From Podarcis tiliguerta (taxonomy: Eukaryota), in assembly GCA_965153285.1 (NCBI GenBank), contig OZ229123.1: a DNA stretch of 64,000 bases. The stretch is one strand, 5' to 3'. The notes beneath the pieces are model-generated. The model worked only from the letters and a program-made list of their open reading frames with translations. It had not been told where the DNA came from and made no database searches. Positions 16,901-27,984 of this stretch are shown piece after piece. The position numbers were made by a program, and so were the translations under genes. Each line of letters begins with the position of its first letter. The stretch's first letter is position 1.

Positions 16901-19900
16901 AGCTGGAGGTGGGAAAGAGAGACAACTGAGGGAGGCTGTTCTTGTGCTTCAGACAGAACTTAATAAGGGATTACAACCAAAGCTCTGACAGTCAACATTC
17001 TGGGCTATTAAATAAAGGTGGAGCTCTCTCCTTCCTGTTCCCACAAGGGGCATCTAACATTAAGAGTGGCCCCTGTCCCTTCCTATAATTCATGCTCAGG
17101 CAGGAGAGTGTGGCATTGTGCAGATAGGAGGCGTCAGTGTTTCACATGGAGTGTAAGCAATCCTGACCACACAGAGCACTGACTGTGTAAACACACAGCT
17201 GTGAAACTCCTAGAATGTTGCACAGAAGGAAGACTGCAGGCCTAGAGCCATCCACAATGGATGTACAAAATACAGGCCCAGAGACATAGTTGTGGGGATT
17301 CCACACTCTTCTTTGCTCTTGGAGAGCTAGTGCCTGTTGAGGGACAGTTCTGAGCCAAAAAGATTTTGCTTGATTCCTCCTGATCTCCAAATCTCCATTA
17401 ACTGAGAATCTTCCACCACAGAGAGCTGTGGTGCTTGTACAAACAAATACCAGTGATCTGATCAGTACTGCAATACTGATGGCAGGATCTGAAGCACTGG
17501 CACTGACATGGCATCTTGGTGGACAAACATAACTACATGGCTACAGTTTAGAGCCTAGTTACAAGAATTTCTAATTTTTAGGTTTTTTTTTGTGTGTAAC
17601 AGTGTTCATATCACCACCAGAGTTAATCCCAGAGGACTATGTTTCCAAGAGCTCTCTACATAAAAAGTGGAGCAAATGGATCTTTGCCTTGAAATGGCCA
17701 CATGGCACAGGGCTGGAGGAATGAAGTGCTTCGTGCCTGCTGTGTGATTTCCCATGGAAATGCCAAGAAGGTGCAACTCAGGCTGATGCTGCAAATCAAG
17801 CATCTCCTAAGGCACAAGCTCAGTGGCACATCCAAAGGCTTATTCCCAGTATTGTCCTTCTCTACAGAGTTACTTTAAGAAACAACTAGAGTTAATATGT
17901 GACGCACTTTGAGCAACCAGGCAAACTGCTGTAAAAGTACAAACATTTGTCTGAGTTTCCTGACCATTCCAGGACCCAAGCCCACAACACCCACAATTAT
18001 TCCAACCCTCACACTCCTCTCGCCTGCTTTTTTGTTTGTTTGTATGGTCCTTGAAAGATTGAAGTGTTTGCTTCCCGTTCTCTTACCTGCTCAAATTTCC
18101 AGCCATCAGACATGGTGGAGACCATCTGAGTCAACTCCTCTTCCTGGCACTGCAGCACCCTGTAAACGTGCTTGACTGGCACCTTTGGTGAAAAACACAG
18201 AGAGACAGCTGAAAGATGAAGCAGGCCAAGAATGGCCACTGGTTTCAACCATCATTCCCTTCTCCGTTACCACTGAGCTCCAGAGTGCAAAAAAGCCACT
18301 TGCCTCAGCCTCTGCTGAGATCTCTCTGCTGCCTGCCCTCCTCCCTTTTGGCATTGCCACAAGCACAAACATTTCACTCACGGAAGGAAAAAGGGCATCT
18401 GATACCACCAGAAGCCACTTCTCATAATTCCCTCAGTTTGGGCACCAAACACAGCCACACATTCTGAAATGAAGTCAAGCCAAAGCTACCTCAAAAACAA
18501 ATCAATTTTTTAAAAAACTAGCAGGTCCTACCTGTGAGATTTTGCTGTCTCGTTCCCTTATTTTGTCCTTTACAAGTTTGATTAAGGATGTGATGTTGTA
18601 GAATTCAGCTTCTTCAAGCACACCTGATTGGAGGGGAACACAAAGTCAAAAGAGGGCCTCATAAAACTCCAGCTACTTGTGAGAAAGTCTATGTCACAAA
18701 CAGGCCCTGAGAGGCACTGCGTGGCCAAGCGGCAGACTGTCCCTCTGACCCGTTGCCCTGGTCAGGATAAGGCAAGGCCTCTGCTCCAAGACCAAAGCAG
18801 AAAGAGAAAGCCCAGGAGCAAGGAGAGTGTTCCAGGTAGGTCATGCACCAGCCAACAACCTCCCCAAAACAGTGACCTCACAGCACTTCAGGTGCCAAAT
18901 CCTGGTTTCTAAAGGATCATTCAGGTCTCAAGATCTGAAGCCCAGTGCAAGCTGCACAGTAATGCTACAAACTAGCCCAGCCCAAACAGACTGCCCTGCT
19001 TTGCATATGTGAAACCAATTACACCCAAAGTGATTTTTCACAGCTGTGATCAAACATTAAAGCAGTTTTCCTAAACAGCAAAACATACCTTCCTCTGCGA
19101 GGTCTTTATTGATAACCAGTTTCCCGTGTCGGAGATAATTCAACACCGGTCCAAAGTAGGTTGGATCTCTGTCTATTAAGTAGGCACCTGTTTCATCCTA
19201 ATTAAAATATGTATGTTACTTATTTATATAGAAATTGTCTTATCACACTTAAGCCATCCTATTCCCAGATCAGCCAACTAAATTAAAATACCAGATTAAA
19301 TTAGTGTGAGACCCCACAGAGATCCTGACATTCCAACCCTGACATGCCCTCATCCATGTCATAAATCAGAAGCTTCCACCATGGATTCAATGCACTGCAT
19401 AATCAGAGCTTCAGTATGGAGGTCTTAATTGTGAAACAGAGATACTACTCAGCTAGTTTCTAATCTCTAATCAATTACTGCAAGGGATTGTGAAAATTAA
19501 TAATTTGGCTCAAATGACAATCAATATTAATGTGGGGTAAGAAAAGCTTAATAACGTTTATGCAAATGAGAACAATCCATTTTATTCAACCAGTAGTTAT
19601 GGTCTTTATACTAAATAATAAACCTAAAATTGCAACCAAAGCAATAAAGCCCTCAAATCTCCGGGTTAGATCCAGGCTTAGAAATGTAATGAATGGTTCC
19701 TACAGTTCATAAAATGTGCTCTGACTGAGTTGAGGTATCCACTACAGGAAGAGGGCTTTCTCCAATTCTCCCTGCAGACCCCAGTAATCTCCCCTACCCA
19801 AAGGTTCTGGTGGGTCCCTCAACCATCTGGAGCAGATTTTTGGAAGGCAAAAGGAACCGAACAGGAAATCAGCAAAAATCTCATCCTCCTGTCAAGAAGA

Positions 19901-22900
19901 GGGGCTGTTTAATAAAACATCAAAGGGGCTTAAAAGGTATTTTGTTACACACCTGTACAGAAATATGATTTTGCAGAAGGTTGCCAGAGCCCTCTGAATT
20001 CACATTATTTTTATGAGCTGAACACAAAAATTCACCATCCAATCAAGTCTCACAGCATTTTCCTGAACGACAATTGTGTTATCGTGCTTTCTCATAGGGG
20101 TGGTTCCAATTATTAAATTTGCCCTGATGTTATTTGTTTTTATGGCATTGGCTTAAATATTTGCAATTTATAATATTTAGAGGGGGGAAATGAGTTAGGG
20201 GGGACACATGGCAGAGGTGTATAAAAGTATGCATGGTGTACAGAAACCTCTCCCTCCCTCAAAACTCAGGGCCACACACAGGTTGAACTTTTGAAGATTT
20301 AGAACAGACGAAACGAAGGACTTTTCATTCATTTTTCCTTGATATAGAAATATGGATGTTGTGACAATAAAAGTGTCAATAAAATGTTGTGAATAAAAGT
20401 GAAAATGCAAACCCAAAACTAAAATAAAGGAAATCACAAGAACTGAATTTCCACTAAGATTTTTTAAAACGAAAAAAGGAAGGACTTCTTCACACAGCAC
20501 ATAGTTAAACTACAGAATTTACTCCTGCAAGAAGTAGTGATGACCACCAACTTGAACGGCTTTTAAAAAGGACTGGACACATTCATGGAAGATATGGCAA
20601 CCAATGGCTACTAGCCACAATGGCTATGTTCCACCTCCACTGTCAGAGGTGCTATGTCTCTGAAGCTCAGTTGGAGGGAAGCCCAAAAGGGAGAGTGCTC
20701 CTGCTGCTGCTGTGTTCAGGTCGTGTTTGTGGCCTATTCATTTGAGCACCTGGTGAGCCCAGGGTGCTGGACCAGATGGGCTCTTTTTATGTATTGTATG
20801 CTACTGCTTCTACGGAAACCACATTGGGAGTTTTTACTCTGAAAGGAGGAATCCAACAATAAATAAATATGGTGGCAGAATGCACTACAAAGATCATGGA
20901 TCCAGTGTTTTGTGACATTACCATACTGCAAAAACCTAGATTCTAGGCATGGATCCTTTTGATTCTTAGAAAGCAGGTCACAAAAATCTACCAGCTATTC
21001 ACAACCTGCATCCATCCCCACTGATTGCATTGAAAACATAATAGTCACTATCTTTCGGTTCTACAGGGGCCAGAATGGTAGTTCTCACGAAAAAAAGCTC
21101 AGCATTTTTTAAATAGAGAAACTCAAAATCCACTACATAATCACAGTCCACATCTAACACCATGACAGTTAACTGATGTCGGATTTTAAATTTTTATGGT
21201 TTTGATTGTATAGTTTTATGCATTATTGTAAATTACTCTGATTTTTTTTCTATGAAATAGTGGTATATAATTATTTTTAATAAATGCCCATAGGAATACA
21301 GAGAAAGATCAGACAACATGTTTACATGAAAATGCCCCAAATTCACTATCAAAAGACAATGAACATTATAAAATTGTAAAACTAATACTACGTGATGCTT
21401 GTGGTGAAAAAGAACTGGGAATGAAGAAGCACTGATCTCTATACATCTTTTTTTTTTACAAATAGAACCCTTGACCACCTTTGTCTTATCATTATTGTTC
21501 ACACCTCTGGTTACTCACCACAAAAATCAGCTTCTTGTTGCTGTACACAGCCCATTGTTGCTGTACACAGTCCTGGTACTTCCAGGACATAACATACAAT
21601 AGTCGTGGCACGATGCTACAAGGTCTCTTACATTCTTGTTGCAAACTTCAGGCCAATAAATCCTTGGTGCTCTCAGTCCATGCTGTGAAGATCCACACTG
21701 AAGGATCCAGGTCCTGTTGCATTGATTGGTATCTTACAATAAATATACAGCCTACTTGTGGATGGATAGGCTTTGAGGATGCAAATTATCTCTCTAAGTA
21801 TGAAACAACTGCATTGCAAAATTCACAATTCTGGTGAGTCTTTGCACCACTAGCAAAAACATGAAACCTGGAAATGGCTTTTCTTGGATCTGAATGAGTT
21901 TTACCATGGGTCTAATTTTTGGCACCATGATGAACTGTGATTTTTATGGAGCAGCCCATGGACAAAGATATAAGCATTGGTTTGATAGTGGATTTGAGGC
22001 ACCTTCATGTAAAAACCATGGATCCATGATAATCTATCCAGCTCTTTCCCCCACTTCATTACAGGCTTGCCACAGTTCTAAAGTTAGAAAGCAGAGTTTG
22101 GCACAGAGATGTACAATGTGCAGTCCAGCAGCACTGGATTTTGCTGACCCCATGATTTAAGTGCACAATCAAGAACACAGATCTATTCTTATCAGAAAAC
22201 AAATCTGAGTAGACTGTAATCTTGCACTGCTGAGCTTACTCAACTGACCTAATAAATATTTGCTCCATAAGGATCTGATTACTATTATGCTTGTGGTAGT
22301 GTGGCTAGAATTAGCCAAGCAATGGAAAAGGCTACAGTGGGGGGGAAACTGTGGAAAAAGCTTATCTGAGAAACTGACATTCTAGGGTTATACCGACATG
22401 ACAACTAGTTTTTTGCTTGGCAGTACTTATGCCAATAGGAGCAACCTGAAAGGTGGACCCTCTCCCCCTCCTACAATTGTCTCATGAGCAAATATGGCAA
22501 GACCTACTGGGAGACAGCTGTTTTGACAGTCTGATTTTCTTAGTGTATGCCCACTGTTTATGAAAGTAGCTACTCTATTTTTTCAATGAATATTTAAAAA
22601 GTTAAGTAAGAACCAGCATCGACAAACAACATGATCTAGGCAAGTTCAGACTTGCACTCTGAGGCAATACACAAGGGGGGTTATCAGGAACTAAAGGGCA
22701 AGGAGAGGCAGCTCACTTGAGTCATTAAAAGCAAGCTTAAGCTATATGCCAACTGAGTCTTTCAGGACTGGAGTGCAATCTGACCACTGCCAAGGCACAC
22801 TTAACAATTAACTAAGCAGCCAGGGGCACTATGAAGACTGTAAGCTTTTATGGACTAGCATCTACCTCATCAGATACAGTGCATGCCATTGCTACATAGG

Positions 22901-25093
22901 TGTAGAGAAAGAAATACAAACAGTGAGATCATATGGAAATGAAATGCAAAAAGAGGTGTCACATTTGCATTAAAGCTTAAAATCCACGTTTCACAACCCC
23001 TTTGAAGTTTCCTTATTCAAGTCCAGGAGCAACCAACATGGTGCCTTCCAGTTGTTGCTGAACTACAACTCCCACCCTTCCCTGTCCATTTGTCATGCTG
23101 GCTGGCGCTGAAGCATGTCACAGTCCAACATAAGGAGGACACCAAGTTAGCTATTTGTGAGTTAGTCTGTTGGGAGAAGACTTTCTGCATGTTGCCTTCA
23201 TCTACGAGTCCAACCAGAAGAGAGAATAACAACTTTACTCCAGAGAAAAGGAACCAACTCCTAGGGGCAAAGGTCTCCTTCAGCCTCCCCAAATAAAATA
23301 TATTTGGGGGGGGGGGCTAAAGTTGATGGGCATTGCCATTCAAATGGTGTATTACACTGCATCATTTGATCAGTTATGTGGACTGGAGCTTACCTCCCCC
23401 CCCCCCCCCCATATTTGATTCAAGTTGGCATCCTGGCCCCAGAGAAGAGGAACTTGTCTGGTGAAGAGAAGTCAAGGCCTGGAGATGCCCAGAGCCCAGG
23501 TATGCAGAGTCTAGACCAGTCTTTGCTAATCCGGTCCTCTGCAGATGTTGTTGGACTCCAACCCCCATTAGCTCCTGCTACCAGCCATGGATGATGGAAG
23601 TCACAGTCCACCAGCATTTGGAAAATCATAGATCCCCCCTGGGTAAAACAAGAGAACCTTCAATCTACTAAAAGAAGCCCGGAGACAAAGCTATTTTGAA
23701 CAAGCCTTTTAGAGTGACTCTCAAGAAATACAGTCTCTTTCCCAAAGCTGATTTTCCACATCAGCAGTAAGTTGGATCAGATAACCTTTGATGGCCCTTT
23801 TAGATTTACAAGTGAAATAATTCTCCATGTCTTGTTACTTCTGTTCTGCCTAAGAAATCTGTCTTTTGTCTAGGGTGTTAGAAACATTAGTGTTACAAGT
23901 CAGGCTTTATTTTCTCAAATCATGAGGACATAATCCCAGGTGGGTCACCTGGTTCATGTAGCCCCTAGGATGGACCCGTTTGGCCTGCATCTCCAAGCTG
24001 GAACCGAGACCAGCCAGCTGGCCACATGGCCAGAACAACTATATTTGGGTTTGATTTCCCCTCATAAAACCTTGCTTTGTGTTAATATCTTGCTTGCTAA
24101 AGAGTCCTGATAAACTGAAAACTTCACACATTTTTAAGACTTGTGGGCTTTGATGGGGCCCAGCGCTTCAGTACTGGAGTCTCTCACTTGCAGTATGCCT
24201 AGGGACCAGCAGCATGCTCATTGAGGCCCAGGTAGGCTTTGCAGAGGCATGGGAAGGGTCCCTTTTATAGAAAGGGGGCCACGGCTGGTGCCTCACTTTA
24301 GGCAGCAAGATGCTTTGAGCTGGCACTGAGATCTCCCTTCAACCCCGTCGCTCCACACCCTCTGCTCAAGACAGTATGGATTCCTCGTGAACTCGCAGTG
24401 CAACCCTATGCATGTTTCCTCGGAAGCAAGTCCTACTATGCTTAATGCATACTAATTATACATGCTCAACACTTAAAGTTGCCTGCCAAGATGCGGGAGA
24501 AAAGGCGGCCAACCTCGCGGGTAACCGACCAGAAAAGAGCGGGAACCTGACGGTGGGCGCCTCTTTCACGGTAACGACGGCGCCGTGACACAGATGGCCT
24601 GAGCGGCTCTTTCTCACGCAGAGGCCCGGCACTCCAGGAGGAACCGGGGCAGCAAAGCGGGGGCCCTCCAGCCTAGTGCCCGCGGTGGGGCGGCCCAGCT
24701 TTGGGGTCCTCGCCCGGCCTGTCCCCTGAGCACCTGCAGAATGCGGCGGCGGCGCCCCCTCACCTTGTCGGAGTCGAGGTCCGGGTCGGCCTGGCAGAGG
24801 CGGAAAAGGAAGCTTTTGGGGTCCCTGCAGAGCGTCTGCCGGGTGGTGAGGAAGCAGGTGCCGCCCACGTTCAGCCGGACCCATTTCCCGGGCACGCCGC
24901 CCGCGACGGGAGGGGCCGGGGGAGCGAGGCAGCCCCCGCACGACGACGAGGACGACGACGAAGGCGAGGAGAAGGACGACGACGACGAACTGGAGCTGCT
25001 GCTGCAGCGCCGGCAGGAGGCGGAGGGAGCCCCGGACAGGCCAAGCCCTGCCGCCGGCACCACCGGCAGCTCGCAGGAGCCCTCCGCCGCCAT
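10872..25093 (-). CDS. KCTD5: BTB/POZ domain protein KCTD5, spliced CDS span (260 aa)
   Basis: Exons 25093-24764, 19197-19089, 18623-18532, 18182-18087, 16902-16777, 10901-10872 (330/109/92/96/126/30 = 783 nt). BTB motif [28 protein letters not shown]-terminus ILQERGSRM*. Lies next to PDPK1 as in human. Confidence 0.96.
11247..11416 (+). mobile_element. CR1 LINE 3' end fragment
   Basis: ccttggaggttttcaagcagaggttggatggccatctg...ttccaactctacaattctatgactctat: CR1 3' UTR with ATTCTATG-type tail. Confidence 0.85.
13230..13570 (-). mobile_element. Degenerate CR1-like 3' fragment
   Basis: ccataaatctgtctaaccctctttcaaagccat is the reverse complement of the CR1-type motif also seen near 20560. Confidence 0.5.
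14074..14132 (-). CDS. KCTD5: Putative KCTD5 alternative cassette exon encoding [14 protein letters not shown] (coding 14132-14088)
   Basis: Long pyrimidine tract plus ctcag| acceptor, phase 0 in frame with exon 5, ATG|gtgagc donor 14 nt after the stop. Confidence 0.65.
16777..16902 (-). CDS. KCTD5: KCTD5 exon 5
   Basis: ccag|CTA...AAG|gtgagt, 126 nt, [42 protein letters not shown]. Confidence 0.96.
18087..18182 (-). CDS. KCTD5: KCTD5 exon 4
   Basis: aaag|GTG...CAG|gtaaga, 96 nt, [32 protein letters not shown]. Confidence 0.96.
18532..18623 (-). CDS. KCTD5: KCTD5 exon 3
   Basis: tcag|GTG...CAG|gtagga, 92 nt, [31 protein letters not shown]. Confidence 0.96.
19089..19197 (-). CDS. KCTD5: KCTD5 exon 2
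   Basis: ttag|GAT...GAAG|gtatgt, 109 nt, [36 protein letters not shown]. Confidence 0.96.
20480..20790 (+). mobile_element. CR1-like LINE 3' fragment
   Basis: gttaaactacagaatttactcc...ggcttttaaaaaggactggacacattcatgga (end of ORF2) followed by a ctggaccagatggg tail. Confidence 0.6.
23530..23625. repeat. Short imperfect-palindromic interspersed repeat
   Basis: cagatgttgttggact...agtccaccagcatttg arms; a related degenerate copy lies near 45150-45270. Confidence 0.5.
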
Positions 25094-25480
25094 CCTGGCT
25101 GCGCGCCGGAAGGTCCGCACTCGAAAGGCTTCCCCTCCGGGCCGCTGTCCCAGCAGGCTCTCCGAGAGCGCATGTGCGGCGGCGGCGATGTGGCTCCGCC
25201 CCCTGCCGTCCGGAAGTGAGGGGGGAGAGCGGCCCCTCCCCTTCTGCGGGCTTCTTCTGCTTGCTGGGTGCGCCAGCGGGATGAGGGGCGGAGGCGCAGA
25301 TTAACTCTTTGCCTGCCGGCCGCTTTTACCATCTAACCTCCGCCTCGCCTGGTCTCCTCTTCTTCCGCGCCGATGGAGGACGGGGGGGGGGGGGGAGCTC
25401 TATGTCTGCTAGGAGACCGTTCGCGCAGGAAGCGCTGTGCTCTCCCTGCCTGAGTTTGCGGGCGAAGCGGGGGGCATGTC
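24490..25480. promoter_or_regulatory. CpG island / KCTD5 promoter
   Basis: CpG-dense block with CCGGAAGTG (ETS) near 25210, GCGCATGTGC (NRF1-like) near 25168 and a GC box near 25285. Confidence 0.85.
24764..25093 (-). CDS. KCTD5: KCTD5 exon 1 (start codon, poly-Ser tract, BTB start)
   Basis: AGG ATG GCG start, ends DLDSDK|gtgagg, 330 nt. Confidence 0.95.
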
Positions 25481-25707
25481 AATACCCAATCTATGCCCAC
25501 ATTTATTTAGTTAAATTGAATTTCTGTACCACTCTTCATTTTAGGCTTACAGGGCAGTTTATAGCACAAAAGCACGCAACATAGCAGTAACCAAAAAACA
25601 ATAGCACCCCCCCCCCCCAAAAAAAAAAATTTTAAAAACCTTGGATCAATCAGCCAAAGGCCTGGGAGAAGAAGAATGTTTTTGCCTGGCACCTACTAAT
25701 CTGTAAT

Positions 25708-25979
25708 TGTTATTTACTGAAGTTTTCACCCTGGTCCAGCACGGGGATACTGTAGATAGTTTTCACTCAGGTCCACATATGCAAATAAGGGATTGAAAGT
25801 GACATTCAGTGATTGGATAGATACAGAAAGTAGTTACGGTTGCCTTGTAGTGGAGCTCTATATAAGCAGGCTGGCTGAACCCTTCCGTTCAGTTCTGTTC
25901 TGGCCTGTGAATAAACAAGAGCTGTTTGAAGAATCGCTGTGTCATTCAAATCGCTGATATGTTCACCCACAACTTAACA
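25708..25979 (+). mobile_element. Solo LTR (272 bp)
   Basis: TGTTA...TAACA inverted termini; near-perfect 5-bp TSD gtaat/gtatt; internal ATGCAAAT, ATTGG, TATATAA and AATAAA in LTR order. Confidence 0.8.
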
Positions 25980-25989
25980 GTATTGAAGG

Positions 25990-27150
25990 CACAAAACATA
26001 AAGGGGGAGCCTCTGCAGAAAAGGCCTGTTCTCATGTTGCCACCTTCTGGGCCTCTCACAAAGGAGGGACACGAAGGGCCTCAGTTCATATCAGAAGTTC
26101 ATACCCTTGAGGTCCTGAGTAGTTTTTAAGGCTCTATAGGTCAAAACCATCACTTTGAATTGGGCCTGGAAACTTACTGGTAGTTGGGAAAGGATCAGTG
26201 TTATATGCTCAAGCATATTGTCCTGGTGAACAACCTGACTCCTGAATTCTGTGCCCACTGACATTTTTGAACCATCTTTGCAGTAATCTAACCTAGAGAT
26301 TACCAGAGCATAATCAACTGAACTTAGGCTATTCCTGTCCAGACAGAGGTGCAGCTGGGCCACCAGTCTAAGCTGATGGTTAGAGCATGGTGCTGCTAAT
26401 GCCAAGGTCCTGGGATTGATCCTCATATGGGACACCTACATATTCCAGCATTGCAGGGGGTCGGACTAGATTATCCTCAGGGTCCCTTCCAACTCTACAA
26501 TTCTGTAATTCTAAGGCACTCTGTGCAACTGAGACCACTTGAACCTCAAGTGACAGCAATGGATCTAGAAGCACCCTCAAATTGTGCATCAGCTCCTTTA
26601 CAGGGAGTTAAACACGCTCAAGAGCAGGCAACCTCCCATCCATCTGGTCCAGGGAACTGCCCACTAACAGTGCCTCAGTCTTATCGGGATAAAGCTTCAG
26701 TTTGTTGGCTCTCATCCAGGCCATTACCAAGGCATGACAACAATGCAGCACATCCACTGCCTCACCTGCAGATGTAAAGGAATACAGCTGTGTGTCCTCC
26801 ACATATTGCTGATAGCATACTCCGAAACTCCAGATAACCCCTCAGCTGCTTCATGTAGCATGGGGGATAAAATCGAACCCTGAGGAACCCCGCACTGAAG
26901 GCTCCACAGAGCCGAAGAGCACTCCCCAAGCATCACCCTCTGGAAATGATCATGCAGAAAGCGGTGCCAACCACCAGTAACTTGGGCAGCCACTCCAGGA
27001 GAATACCATGGCTGATAGCATTGAAAGCTGCAGACAGGAGAAAGAAGAGGCACATTTCCTCTCTCTTCTGACAGAAATCATCATACATGGCCACTAAAGC
27101 AGTTTTTGTGCCAAAGTTGGGCCTAAACCCCAAATGAAATGGATCTGGAT
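25990..27150 (-). mobile_element. Degenerate L2/CR1-group LINE ORF2 (reverse transcriptase) remnant
   Basis: Frameshifted RT motifs GFRPNFGTKTAL, LSAAFNAISH, GVPQGSILSP, NLRVLLDP, LVISRLDYC, LPVSFQAQFKVMVLTYRAL across several minus-strand ORFs. Confidence 0.88.
26371..26513 (+). mobile_element. tRNA-derived SINE with CR1-type tail, nested in the L2 remnant
   Basis: tRNA-like head (tggttagagcatggtgctgctaatgccaaggtc...) followed by a tail resembling the CR1 end at 11345-11416. Confidence 0.8.
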
Positions 27151-27823
27151 CACATTGCCTGGACTGGCTTGGGGCTTCACGGTTAGCAGAATAACACATG
27201 GCAGGTGTTTTGCTGCCAGGGTGGGTGGAAATGTCCTCTGTTGGGGGGATATAGCCCTGCCTGCATCCTCATGAATACACTGATCTGATGTTGGCCATTA
27301 CAGCCCTCATTTCTTTGAAAGGATAGCCTTAATCCTAAAGAGCATTTAAAATACCTTTGTGGGGGGGAGTAATGTTTGACACTGCAAGCCTTACTCTAAT
27401 GCAGCATAATGGGGCCTGTGTGTTCTTTTCCCACTCAGGACCCAGGAACCACTTCTGGGCCACAATATGACAATACATGGCCCTCACACAAAAAAGGGGC
27501 TGGGAACTGGAGACTGGCCTGCTTCCACCTACCCAGCTCCTGAAAAATAAGTGAATGATGCAAGCCAAGGTGGATTGTGGGACATGGAGAGAGAGAGAGA
27601 GTCTACCAATCCATTGCCAGATTGATACAGGAAGACATGGAGGATCCACCAGTATTTTGCTTTAAAGATGGATCAACTTTTTTCTTCAGCAGTTTCCATA
27701 CTGGCAATATGTAATGCAGATAGGGGAATTCAGAAGTTTTGAACCATGGAATATGCAATGTTTACTTATCTAAACCTAAATTTGCTTTGCTATTTTGGGA
27801 ACGTGAATGAAGCGCAGATATGT

Positions 27824-27984
27824 TTTATTCAAACATGCAATACAAATGCTGTGTGTTAGAGATGAAACTGCAAGCTGCTGCATCTTAAGTTATACAACTC
27901 TTAGGTTTTCCACTTAGAAAGAAATGAAGAAATAAAAAAGTTGAAACTTGAAACAATCACCATAATAAACAGGAGGGTTTTATT
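27824..27984 (-). terminator. Candidate PDPK1 poly(A) signals (AATAAA at 27984-27979 and 27829-27824)
   Basis: Two tttatt on + strand in U-rich context ~3.4-3.6 kb after the stop. Confidence 0.5.

Noticed and set aside
24701-25304. Plus-strand ORFs with an acidic DDDEDDD stretch
   Set aside because: Antisense shadow of the KCTD5 poly-Ser TCG repeats.
26371-26440. tRNA-like sequence
   Set aside because: Degenerate, lacks an acceptor stem and is fused to a CR1 tail, so it is a SINE head rather than a tRNA gene.
26091-27199. Reverse-transcriptase motifs as a possible novel or domesticated RT system
   Set aside because: Spread over several frames, catalytic YADD box degenerate and interrupted by a SINE; an ordinary dead LINE.
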